A program made the translations under genes and the position numbers. A stretch of 63,959 nucleotides of DNA, filler included, from Octopus bimaculoides (Eukaryota): assembly GCF_001194135.2 (NCBI RefSeq). It is 8 parts of 7 records of this genome, joined end to end, with 100 filler letters (N's around TTAATTAATTAA, not from the genome) between each part and the next. Parts side by side here need not be neighbours in the genome. Positions count along the whole stretch, not along the records: positions 47,561 to 60,011 come from NC_069008.1; positions 60,112 to 62,252 come from NW_026389205.1; 6 more parts are not named here. One strand, written 5' to 3'. The notes beneath the pieces were generated by a model, which did no database searches, was not told the origin of the DNA, and worked only from the letters and a program-made list of their open reading frames with translations. This document shows, one piece after another, positions 50,518 through 62,252 of this stretch (positions within the stretch are counted from its first letter, which is position 1; each line of letters opens with the position of its first letter).

Positions 50518-53500
50518 GGTTTAATATGAATCAGTTAGAAAAAGATCAATTAATAGAGTCATTAGTAATTGATCTTTTTCTAACTGATTTATATTTGTGG
50601 CATTCTCTCTACATTCTGTGTTCAAATCCTGGTGAGGCCAACTTTGCTTTTTATTTTGCAGGAGCCTAGAAACAAAATACCATTCTAAGGTGGTGGCCTT
50701 ATGGAATCCTTAGACATTGGACGAGATGTCTTTCAGTATTTAATGTGGTACTTGAGTTTGTCTTTCTCCCACTCACCACTCTCGCAAACCCTGAAAAATA
50801 AAGGGTCATCAGCAGGGCCTTTCTCCCTTGGCTAAGCTTTGAAAGAATTAAGTTTACGAAAAACAAACAATTAATTTAACAGATTTGAAATTAATTTAGA
50901 AATTTTAAATTTCACTTGAGAATTAGAAATCCACTTTAAACTACTTAAAAAACTGTATCCTGAGATGAACATTTCCATCAAACAGTTCTGACATTGTTGT
51001 AACGAAACTCTATATTATCTTGTGGAAATGCAAATGTTTTACTTGTGGTATAACGCTGTAAAACGTTTGAACAATGTCTAGTCTAAAAAATGCTACCTGA
51101 AAACAAATTCCAGTATAAAAGTATATTTATGTTTGCAATAGTTCTAACGAATATTTAACAAAGTAAATGTGTTAGAAAATTATTAATTAAAATAATTACC
51201 ACAATAATACTTACTAGAGTCGATAATTGAGTTTGAATTTCAGCCTCAAGTCTTTCAATCTCTGGACTATTCTGCAAGGACCTTTCATTCTCAAGCGAGT
51301 CTCAAACTGGTTGGCCCAGAACCTGGTGAGGTGGTATTTATACGATTTAAGGTTTAACCCTGCAGTCGTGTGAAATTTTTACGTGGCACAGAGATCTTAT
51401 TGTGTACAGAAAGCGAAACCATGTAAAATGAAGTCAGGTTATTTTGAACGTGTGAAACATTAATAACTCATGAATACTGAACTAGAATTTATAATGGTAT
51501 CGGCATTCATTGAAGATGTTTATGTATAATAGTTACAATCAAGCTCCTGCATTTAATGTGTGTTTGTTATGCAGAATCAAAGAATCAGACGATCACACAC
51601 AGACACACGTAGATCCAATCACTTTGCACATAAGCCCACTCTCTAATGCATGTACGTATACGCGTGTGTGTGTATTTACGTGTATGTTGGAGCTGTTATT
51701 CAATGAAATATCAACAACATGAGCCTCCAATTCAGCGTTTACTAATGGTAGTAATGAAGTATGAGAGACAGAAGCAATATTAGTTCAAATGAGAAATCTG
51801 TGTATCACACTTAAAGCATTTGCATGATTGAAAGCTTGGTAACTGTGCTATGCTGTAGACAGCCGCCGTATAATTACTGGTATCTATTTCATTAATCTCA
51901 ACCTACATAGATCTGTAGATTGGTAGAATCGACAGAGCGTCAGACAAAATGACTTGTGGAATTCGTTCCGCTTTTTCATGTCTTCAGTTCAAATCCAACC
52001 AAGATCAGTTTCACTTTTCCTCTTTCATTCTTCTGGCATCGATTTACTGAAAAAGCGTTGTAATCTGGCCCAAGGTGGAAGATTGTATGAAATGTTAGCG
52101 TGTTGAGCCAAAACAATCCCTTACAATAGATGTTCCAACTCTTTACGTTCTCGGTTCAAATTCTGCTAATGCCCACTTTCCTTCTTATTCTCCTGGAGTC
52201 GACAAACTGAAATAAGTATAAAGGCCCGGCCCCTGGCAGGGTGGTAGGTTGATTCAATTTGAATCTTACGCTGTCCATGTTGATGTCAGATCTAAGCAAA
52301 AATATACAATCGGTCATATTCAACACTCGTTACTGACAAGGACGAGTTTAAAGGGAGACTAAATATCAAGAGAAATTTTAATAATTTCTGAGTTTCAAAA
52401 AGGACTGAGACATCTTATATAACTGGGAGATGAACCATAATTTCACTCCATAAGAACATACAAGCGAATATGAATTCTTTAAGATACGTATTGTTTGGGG
52501 GGGGGGAACAATCCAAGACTCCGATGGTGTTAGGTAGAGACTATTGTTCTGCTTGAATAGAAAGAAAGGCTTTTAGTGTGTTGCAGTTTAACAAGATGGC
52601 ATTTCTTCCCCTGTATAAAGGGGAGAGATAGGACTAGTTGTCAGAGAAGAGAAGTAGTAGGCAATGAGAAGACTCGGCCCCATTATGCAATTGATGCTTT
52701 ATCTAAGTGGAAAGGAGATAAGGAAGATCGACCTCGATTGGAAATGAACTCAGGGCACAGAAATACTGCAACAAACACCGCAAGTTTATCTCATCGACAT
52801 TCTAAGCACACCGCTAATTCACCATTTTAAGAGTTTCTAACAAGGAAATGAAGGATGCAACATGAAAATCTCCCATATTTTGAGCAGACTTTGTTTCCAG
52901 GCTAATTAAATAAAAAAGAAGTTGATGATGATGATGATGATGATGATGAAGGGGGTTGTCTCTGATGTTTTATCGTGTTTTCTTGTAGTTGGCCTCATCT
53001 TCATTTTTGGCTTCATTGTGTATAAGAAAGAAAGCCATAATAGTTGAAACCATTCATTGAAATCATTAATTCCGATGATTTGGCCCCAGGAATATGAATT
53101 AAATATGAAACAGCCCAAACGGATCCTACACTCTGTGATTTCAGAAGGACTTTACCTAAGGAGTAATTGTAAGAAACGGTTTGGTGACCCAATAAGAACT
53201 GTCTGGGAGCTTGCTGAGATAGAGATGTTCTCGTAGAGTGTTTGGTAACAGCAGACTCAAAAGGGCTGACGGCGGGGAGGGGGGAGGCCTGGAGAAAGAA
53301 AAGACCCCAGGAGTGAGTTATTTGCTAGCGAATTTCCCTCGGTCTTTTGCAGCCTCAGTTAATGAAAGTTCCCCTCCAACATGAGAACAGACATGAAAAG
53401 TGAAAGCAGTTCAGGAAGACGAGAATCCCTTTAAAAATTTGAGATAATCACAAAGAAAGACATTAAAGATTTATCAACATTAATAATCCATTGTCATTTC

Positions 53501-54044
53501 GTTTTTAAATATATTCATTTATTCAATGGACTACGGGTAAAAATCACGTTGCATCACCTGCACAAATATGTGCATATCACAGCTACACATCCAAACACAC
53601 ACACACCTGTATTGTTGTGTGTTTGTCCGTCTTAAAAAAAAATCTTCACATACTGGCGGTGCCCCAGCATGGCGACAGTCTCAAGGCTGAAACATAAAAG
53701 AATACTAGTTACAGTAGTCAACAGGATGTTGAATATATTTTCTTTGAAGAACCGGAGAGAATTATAAGAGAACAATAAGTCTTTTGTATACAAAAATTTA
53801 CATAGTCGTAAGGGCACATGTATATACATATATATGCATATATATATATATGAATGTATGTATATCTGTGTTTATACATACCAACACGTATACACGCATA
53901 TACATATGCATCTTGGAATAAAGATCTCAGTGCGTGAGATCTGAATGTGAATACAATTTTCTATAGATATGGACTCCATGCAATACTCACACACACACAC
54001 TTATGCACAAAGTATTGTATACACATATGTACATCAGAATATGT

Positions 54045-54405
54045 GGAAGCGCAATGGCCCAGTGGTTAGGGCAGCGGACTCGCGGTTTCGATTCCCAGAC
54101 CGGGCGTTGTGAGTGTTTATTGAACGAAAACACCTAAAGCCCCACAAGGTTCCGGCAGGGGATGGTGGCGAACCCTACTGTCCTCTTTCACCACATCTTT
54201 CTCTCACTTTTTCTTCCTGCTTCTCTTGTACTTGTATTTCAAAGGGGACAGCGTTGTCACACACTGTGTCATGCTGAATGTTCCCCAGAACTACGTTAAG
54301 GGTACACGTGTCTGTGGAGTGCTCAGCCACCTGCGTGTGAATTTCACGAGCGGGCTGTTGATCGGATTAACTGGAACCCTCATCGTCAGAACCGACGCAG
54401 TGCCA
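54045..54405 (+). mobile_element. tRNA-derived SINE family D
   Basis: A-box tggcccagtggttagg, B-box ggtttcgattccc (shortened tRNA head), then a unique body ending aactggaaccctcatcgtcagaaccgacg. Confidence 0.7.
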
Positions 54406-54423
54406 CGACAAACACACACACAC

Positions 54424-54472
<49 letters not shown>

Positions 54473-55147
54473 TACAAATATGTACATCTACACGAATGTA
54501 CTTACACATACACAAACTACTTCTCCGCTGGTGTTGAAACTTCCTGTAACACAGCAGTTTGCGAGGTTGTATAATCTATCTCTATGATCGTTGCAGATGC
54601 ATTGATGTATATATATATATATATGTATGTGTATGTATTTGTGTATGTATATTAAGTATATATATCTATGTATGTGTCTTTGTGTCCGTGTTCTCCCATC
54701 CACAACATATATGCATGTATATATATATATGGGGGGACTCTTCAGTCGAAGACGAATTGAGCGTTCAGATTTTGCATACTGAGTTCGAATCCCACATGCC
54801 CGCATAAGGCAACAACAAACCACTCCTGCATTCATACCAAGTCCATTGATGAAGGGCCAAAGTCCCATTCATTTACTGAACGGCAACAGGCGACGCTAGG
54901 GACCCTCCTGAACCCTAGAGAGGGTGTTGCAGAATGTTCGCATTCACAGCCCCTGAGGACTGCTACGCATTTTTATAGATACACATACATGCCAGTCTCT
55001 TTGTACTAATGTACACACAAGCACATGTATATATATATATATATATATATATAAGTGTCTTCTACTATAGCCTCATCCAACTAAAACCTTGTGAGTGGAT
55101 TTCGTAGACGGAAACTGAGAGAAGCCCGCTGTATATCTATATATATA

Positions 55148-55291
55148 TGGTTGGCGTTAGGAAGGGCATCCAGCTGTAGAAACTCTGCCAAATTTAGATT
55201 GGAGCCTGGTGTTGCCATCCGGTTTCACCAGTCCTCAATCAAATCGTCCAACCCATGCTAGCATGGAAGGCGGACGTTAAACGATGATGAT
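55148..55291 (+). mobile_element. SINE family B 3' part
   Basis: Matches the family; inverted partner at 55615-55772. Confidence 0.88.
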
Positions 55292-55614
55292 AAAGATGAG
55301 AATGTGTGTCTATCTGTGTGAATTCATAGAACTCGAGAACTACACAACTGATTTCATTCAAATTTTACACATGCCTTACTTAGGGTCCGTGTAGTGTCAT
55401 GGGCCAAAAAGAAATTTTCAACTTCTTGCCTGATGTGACCCGAGAGCAATCTTTTATATCTTCCACTATTTCAGTATTACGTGTCAAAAGTGAAGCAATA
55501 CCATGTCTCCATTCTAATGTCAGATACTTTCAGTTTAATAGTTTCACTGCTAATACTGAAACTATTAGAGTGAAACTATTATCTCAAATATATACAGGCA
55601 TACATACATAAATA

Positions 55615-55772
55615 CATCATCATCATCATCGTCGTCGTTTAACGTCCGCTTTCCATGCTAGCATGGGTTGGACGGTTTGACTGAGGACTGGTAAAACCAG
55701 ATGGCTGCACCAGGCTCCAATCTGATTTGGCAGAGTTTCTACAGCTGGATGCCCTTCCTAACGCCAACCACT
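55615..55772 (-). mobile_element. SINE family B 3' part
   Basis: Matches the family. Confidence 0.88.
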
Positions 55773-55784
55773 CCGTATGGCAAC

Positions 55785-56220
55785 CAACCCAAGGTTTAAG
55801 AAGAATCCGGGGAAAATGTGGGCCTACATTCCTGATATGCGTCTGTCCAAGTCCCAGATGGATTTCATTCTGGTGAGGAAGAAGTGGCGGAATACAACTA
55901 TTTTGGTACACTGGGCAGTGACCACTGGCTTGTTACGAGTAAGGTCCAGGTGAGCTTAAGAAAGAGCAAAGCTCAACCCTGGAGAGCAATCAGCTTTCAA
56001 GGTAGATGATGAGGTACCCTAGATGTACCCACTAGAAGTGAGGAACAAGTTCAGTGCTGTGTGTGGAGAGATAGAGGAGAGAGAGAGAGGTTGGAGGGAC
56101 TGAGAAGAGTGTGACGATGAGGTCTGGGTACTTCACGAAAGCAGTGGCAGAAGCAAGTGAGGTCCTGGGGCCGAGGAGGAGGAGGAGGAACGTCAGCTCT
56201 GCTAGGTTACACAGACATAA
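55785..56220 (+). mobile_element. LINE APE-endonuclease C-terminal fragment (RTE-like)
   Basis: KSQMDFILVRKKWRN ... LGSDHWLVTSKV (IDY/F and SDH motifs). Confidence 0.7.
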
Positions 56221-56221
56221 A

Positions 56222-56400
56222 CCCATCAGCATCAGTCGTCAAGCGATAGTTAGGGGACAATGAGCTTCTTTCAGTTTCCGTGTTCCAAATACACTCACAA
56301 GGCTATAGCAGAAGACACTTGCCCAAGCTACCATGCAGTGGGATGGAACCCAGACCCATGCAGTGGGGAAGCAAGCTTCTTACCACGCAGCCACACCTAT
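56222..56400 (-). mobile_element. SINE family A, partial
   Basis: Reverse complement of the head aggtgtggctgcgtggtaagaagcttgcttcccc...gggttccatccc. Confidence 0.75.
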
Positions 56401-56866
56401 TGGTTTTAAGACTTTCATAACTAAATTCATGCAAAACAAATTCAAAATCTGGAGGAAATTGCTTTTATTAAAAAAAATATCCCACAGGTAAGTTACCTGA
56501 GATGTGGTGACATAAACTATAGAGTTGGGAGGTTGTTATCACACTCTGTTCTATCTCCATTCCTGTGTAAATACATTTACAGTTAGAGAGGGTGTGTGTG
56601 TGTGTGTCCCTGGCTAAGGAGGAACTGAGAATGCTTCTTGTTCTTAAGAATTGTCCCATTGATAGTCACACATCTATATGAACAGATACACATTTAGTTA
56701 ACACTAGAAGTACCAAACGGTCATTTATCATCAGTTTTGCTTATTACTTTTTAATTTCTACAACTGTATTGAATGTGCAATCATGAGCATCATTTCATAT
56801 ACATGTGTCTATAGATATATATTTCTTGTATGTAGATAAATGCTAAAAGAATGTGTTTTCAAATCC

Positions 56867-56872
56867 TTTATT
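56867..56872 (-). promoter_or_regulatory. Candidate polyadenylation signal of the zinc-finger gene
   Basis: AATAAA on the minus strand ~780 nt downstream of the stop codon. Confidence 0.3.
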
Positions 56873-56985
56873 CACTGCATTTGCTTATATTCAAAATAGA
56901 TTGTACTGAATAACGATTTTCAAAGGGGGACAAAAATGACTGCTATGGTCCTTGTAAGAAGAAAGAAATGTTGATACTTTTAGTG

Positions 56986-57208
56986 TTAACCCTTTAGCAT
57001 TTAATCAGCCATATCTGGCCCAAATATTCTACCAATTTTATGTCCAAAGTAGCCAGAGTTGGCCTCTTACACCTACCCTATAATGTCATTCTAAAAATAA
57101 TCATATCATCAAAACTTGAAAGCTTTGAGATAATGCATGACAAATTGAAAATAACGTAAATAAATAAACATCACATTTGATAGAATAATCTGCATAGTAA
57201 AGAGTTAA
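56986..57208. mobile_element. TTAA-flanked piggyBac-type MITE in the putative ZNF 3' UTR
   Basis: TTAA-CCCTTTAGCATTT ... CATAGTAAAGAG-TTAA. Same family as 8647-8860. Confidence 0.78.
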
Positions 57209-57647
57209 GTTACCACTTATAGAGAAAGATTTACCACGAATCAGTGGTGCTGCTTCTCCCCTGTATAAACACATTTGTGAGAAGTTGCCATGTTTAGTGA
57301 ATGACCTACCACAGATATCACAAGGATATGGCTTCTCTCCTGTATGGATATATCTGTGTTTTTATAAGGTAGAACTCACAGGGAATGACCTACCACAGAC
57401 ATAACAGTGTTATGGCTTCTCTCCTGTATAGAAACGTTTGTGAGTAGCTAAGCTGCCACTTTGAGAGAATGATTTACCACAGATATCACAGTGATATGGT
57501 GACTCTCCTATATGAATATGCTTGTGTCTAGTGAAGTTTATGGCTGAAAGGAATGATTTACCACAGACATCACAATGACATGGCTATATCTGTGAGTAAT
57601 TAAGTTACTACAAATGATTTACCACAAATGTCACAGTGAAATGGCTT
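57209..57647 (-). pseudogene. Five to six decayed C2H2 finger units downstream of the ZNF stop codon
   Basis: Repeated tgtgatatctgtggtaaatcatt / acaggagagaagcca units continue after the stop, with indels and stops. Confidence 0.85.
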
Positions 57648-59057
57648 CTAACCTGTATGAATACGTTTATGAGAAGTTAAAGTACTACTTTGAGAGAATG
57701 AATTACCACAGATATTACAGAAATATGGTTTCTCTCCTGTATGGAGACGTTTGTGAGAAGTTAAAACAGTACTTCGAGAGAATGATTTACTACAGATGTT
57801 ACACTGATATGGCTTCTCTCCTGTATGAACACGCTTGTGAGAAATGAAAGCACTTCCGTCAGAGAAAGATGTACCACAGACATCACAATGATAAGGCTTC
57901 TCTCCTGTATGAATACGTTTGTGGTTAGTCAAAGTATATTTTTGAAAGAATGATTTACCACAGATGTCACAATGAAATAGTTTCTCCCCTATATGAATAC
58001 GCCTGTGAGAATTTAAAGCACTTTGGAGAGAGAAAGATGTACCACAGACATCACAGTGATAAGGCTTTTCTCCAGTATGGATGCGTTTGTGTATAGTCAA
58101 GTTATATTTTCGAGAGAATGGTTTACCACAGATATCACAGTGATACGGAGTCTCTCCGGTATGAATACGTTTGTGTCTAGTTATGTCATTACTTTGAAAG
58201 AATGATTTACCACAAATGTCACAGTGAAATGGCTTCTCCCCTGTATGAATACGTTTATGAGAAGTTAAAACACTACTTTGAGAGAATGATTTACCACAGA
58301 TGTTACAGGAATAAGGTTTCACTCCTGCATGAATATGTTTGTGAGAAGTTAAAGTACAACTTTGAGAGAATGATTTACTACAGATGTTACATTGGTACGG
58401 CTTTTCCCCTGTATGAACACGTTCATGACAATTGAAAGCACTTTTGTCAGAGAATGATGTACCACAGACATCACAGTGATAGGGTTTCTCTCCGGTATGA
58501 ATACGTTTGTGGTTAGTCAAGGTATATTTCTGAAAGAATGATTTACCACAGATATCACAGTAAAATGGTTTCTCTCCTGTATGAATACGCTTGTGAGAAT
58601 TTAAAGCACTTCGAACAGAGAATGATGTACTACAGATGTCACAATGATATGGCTTCTCTCCTGTATGAATACGTTTGTGTGTAGTCAAGTTACTACTTTG
58701 AGAGAATGATCTACCACAGATATCACAGTGAAATGGCTTCTCCCCTGTATGAATACGTTTGTGTGTAGTTAATATATGCTTTTGAGAGAATGATATACCA
58801 CAAATATCACAGTGATATGGTGTCTCGCCAGTATGAATACGTTTGTGTGTGGTCAAAGTATATTTTTGAGAGAACAATTTACCACAAATATCACAGTGAA
58901 ATGGTTTCTGTCCTGTATGAATACGTTTGTGCATATTTAAGTGACCCTTTTGTGAGAAAGACTTTTTACAGACATCACAGTCATGTGACAATTTTTGACT
59001 TCCTTTTTCTCTATCTTCTGGAAAATTCCGTTCCTTTAGTTTCTCACTCTTTTCCAT
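57648..59057 (-). CDS. C2H2 (Kruppel-type) zinc-finger protein, 469 aa, 16 tandem fingers
   Basis: Uninterrupted ORF with 16 C-x2-C-x12-H-x3-H units and TGEKP-type linkers. No KRAB, SCAN or BTB domain is seen in this exon. Confidence 0.93.
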   Translation of the reverse strand: MEKSEKLKERNFPEDREKGSQKLSHDCDVCKKSFSQKGHLNMHKRIHTGQKPFHCDICGKLFSQKYTLTTHKRIHTGETPYHCDICGISFSQKHILTTHKRIHTGEKPFHCDICGRSFSQSSNLTTHKRIHTGEKPYHCDICSTSFSVRSALNSHKRIHTGEKPFYCDICGKSFFQKYTLTNHKRIHTGEKPYHCDVCGTSFSDKSAFNCHERVHTGEKPYQCNICSKSFSQSCTLTSHKHIHAGVKPYSCNICGKSFSQSSVLTSHKRIHTGEKPFHCDICGKSFFQSNDITRHKRIHTGETPYHCDICGKPFSRKYNLTIHKRIHTGEKPYHCDVCGTSFSLQSALNSHRRIHIGEKLFHCDICGKSFFQKYTLTNHKRIHTGEKPYHCDVCGTSFSDGSAFISHKRVHTGEKPYQCNICSKSFSRSTVLTSHKRLHTGEKPYFCNICGNSFSQSSTLTSHKRIHTG

Positions 59058-59698
59058 TATTTTTCTTCTAAAATCCCAATATATATATATTTACTTCTTT
59101 TTGCTTCTATAGTCTTTTGTTTACAAATATTTTGACTGCTGTATTTCTGTCCAGTGTTACTTTTGTCTGAATACTCTTTAGTAAATTTATCAAAGTTTAA
59201 TTTGCAACCAGACTCATCTTGTAGACACTCCAGCCAGTGATGTCCTGAAAGTTTGCTAATAACACATTTCAGAGTNNNNNNNNNNNNNNNNNNNNNNNNN
59301 NNNNNNNNNNNNNNNNNNNNNNNNNNNNATCGTAGGAATTCTACCATAGATTTATAGAAACAATGATATATATATCTGTTCTGTACAATATTTTCATTTT
59401 GGTCTTTAAAAGATGATAAATAATGAGAATGTATCTTCAGTTATTCCAATGTCATCTGATATTCTGAAATAATAAAGAAACAACAGTGTAACATATAGAG
59501 GCTACTTAGAAAATACAGATTCAACATTTCCATAGAGATAAACTCTAGAAATAAATATTTACTTGAACAAAAGAACTATTTGATTTATTAAAATTTACAT
59601 CAGAAAATCTTGTGCAAAGCTAACATATTTCTAAACTCCAGCAACACATTCATATTAGATAACATTAATATGTGTGTGTGTGTGTGTAAATATATATA

Positions 59699-60011
59699 GG
59701 CGCAGGAGTGGCTGTGTGTTAAGTAGCTTGCTTACCAACCACATGGTTCCGGACTCAGTCCCAATGCGTGGCACCTTGGGCAAGTGTCTTCTACTATAGC
59801 CTCGGGCCGACCAAAGCCTTGTTAGTGGATTTGGTAGACGGAAACTGAAAGAAGACCGTCGTATATATGTATGTATATGTATATATATATGTGTGCGTGT
59901 GTCTGTGTTTGTCCCCCCACCATCGCTTGACAACCGATACTGGTGTGTTCACGTCCCCCGTAACTTAGCGGTTCGGCAAAAAGAGACCGATAGAATAAGT
60001 ACAAGGCTTAC
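59699..60011 (+). mobile_element. tRNA-derived SINE family A (in the putative ZNF intron)
   Basis: ggcgcaggagtggctgtgtgttaagtagcttgcttaccaaccacatggttccggactcagtccc... Confidence 0.9.
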
Positions 60012-60111
60012 NNNNNNNNNNNNNNNNNNNNNNNNNNNNNNNNNNNNNNNNNNNNTTAATTAATTAANNNNNNNNNNNNNNNNNNNNNNNNNNNNNNNNN
60101 NNNNNNNNNNN

Positions 60112-62252
60112 AATCTCTGTGTTAGACCGAAAAGAGAAAGGGGAGCTTAAAAGCGAACAAATACACAGAGCGCTGAAAAGGAAGTATAATATTGAAAGAA
60201 AGGGCCTGAAAGTAGTAGTGGAGGAATTGAAACAGCGCCTCGTTGCAAAGAAGGCAAAGATGGTAAGGTACGACCAAAGAATGAAGGGTCACCAGCAGAA
60301 CAGGTTATTTAGAGTAGATCAGAAGAGATTCTATAAAGAGATAATTGGAGAGTGTACAGGTGAAAAGTTGATACCCGATAACATTGAAAGTCAAAGGTTT
60401 TGGATTGACACCTGGACCAAAGACAAGGAGCACAAGAAGAATGCTGAATGATTACAAGAACTGAAACAAACAGTAGTCTGTCCAAAACAGGCAGAAATAG
60501 TAATTTCAGTTAAGGAAGTGAAGGAAATCAGCAAAAAAAAGGAGCAACTGGAAGGCCCCGGGACCAGATGGAGTTCAAGGCTACTGGATCAAAAGATTTG
60601 GTGAATGTCATGCATGAATNNNNNNNNNNNNNNNNNNNNNNNNNNNNNNNNNNNNNNNNNNNNNNNNNNNNNNNNNNNNNNNNNNNNNNNNNNNNNNNNN
60701 NNNNNNNNNNNNNNNNNNNNNNNNNNNNNNNNNNNNNNNNNNNNNNNNNNNNNNNNNNNNNNNNNNNNNNNNNNNNNNNNNNNNNNNNNNNNNNNNNNNN
60801 NNNNNNNNNNNNNNNNNNNNNNNNNNNNNNNNNNNNNNNNNNNNNNNNNNNNNNNNNNNNNNNNNNNNNNNNNNNNNNNNNNNNNNNNNNNNNNNNNNNN
60901 NNNNNNNNNNNNNNNNNNNNNNNNNNNNNNNNNNNNNNNNNNNNNNNNNNNNNNNNNNNNNNNNNNNNNNNNNNNNNNNNNNNNNNNNNNNNNNNNNNNN
61001 NNNNNNNNNNNNNNNNNNNNNNNNNNNNNNNNNNNNNNNNNNNNNNNNNNNNNNNNNNNNNNNNNNNNNNNNNNNNNNNNNNNNNNNNNNNNNNNNNNNN
61101 NNNNNNNNNNNNNNNNNNNNNNNNNNNNNNNNNNNNNNNNNNNNNNNNNNNNNNNNNNNNNNNNNNNNNNNNNNNNNNNNNNNNNNNNNNNNNNNNNNNN
61201 NNNNNNNNNNNNNNNNNNNNNNNNNNNNNNNNNNNNNNNNNNNNNNNNNNNNNNNNNNNNNNNNNNNNNNNNNNNNNNNNNNNNNNNNNNNNNNNNNNNN
61301 NNNNNNNNNNNNNNNNNNNNNNNNNNNNNNNNNNNNNNNNNNNNNNNNNNNNNNNNNNNNNNNNNNNNNNNNNNNNNNNNNNNNNNNNNNNNNNNNNNNN
61401 NNNNNNNNNNNNNNNNNNNNNNNNNNNNNNNNNNNNNNNNNNNNNNNNNNNNNNNNNNNNNNNNNNNNNNNNNNNNNNNNNNNNNNNNNNNNNNNNNNNN
61501 NNNNNNNNNNNNNNNNNNNNNNNNNNNNNNNNNNNNNNNNNNNNNNNNNNGTCTTGAAGAGAGGTAAAATCAAATGTATGGACGGGCTAACGATACCGTC
61601 GGGGGAGGTTATGAAGCAAATAGCAGAGATGGGCTATAAGTACTTGGGGATTTTGGAAATGGATAAATTGATGGAGAAAGAAATAAGAGAAAAATTTAAG
61701 GTGGAGTACTTGTGCACACTGAGACTGATCCTTAAGTCGAAATTAAACGGACGGAATAAGATCGAAGCTATCAACACTTGAGCCGTTTCACTACTTAGAA
61801 GTGGAGCAGGAGTAATCGCATGGACAGCAGACAAACTAAACAGCTTAGACAGAAAGACAAGAAAGTTTCTAACTAGATATGGGACACTCCACCAAAAAAG
61901 TGACAGAGACAGACTGTATGTACCAAGAAAAAGAGTGGGGAAGAGGACTTATTGGATGTGAACACAGCATTAGAGCAGAAGAAAACAACATAGCACGGTA
62001 TGTAAAAAATGCCACAGAACCGCTATTGTTGGAAGTAAGAAGGTCGGGCTTGTGTAGGACGAAAGATTGCAAAGATAAAGCACTATACAAGTACTTGAGA
62101 ATGAATGAAAATGAAAATAGGTGAATAAAGAAAAGAATGCCTGGTCAATTTCATAGAGATGTTGAAGATAAGACAGACAGAGAAAAAAGATAGCTATGGG
62201 TTACTAAAAGTGATTTAAAACCGGAAACGGAGGCTCTAATCTGTGCTGCCCA
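60112..62252 (+). mobile_element. R4/Dong-like non-LTR retrotransposon, long decayed fragment (RT core mostly in the N gap)
   Basis: EELKQRLVAKKAKMVRY..QNRLFRVDQKRFY, NWKAPGPDGVQGYWIK, YKYLGILE, KSKLNGRNKIEAINT, DRLYVPRKRVGRGL and SDLKPETEALICA. Confidence 0.9.

Noticed and set aside
57209-59000. Regular 84-bp repeat array that might be mistaken for CRISPR or satellite DNA
   Set aside because: The period is exactly one 28-aa C2H2 finger, in an open reading frame. There is no repeat-spacer structure and no cas genes.
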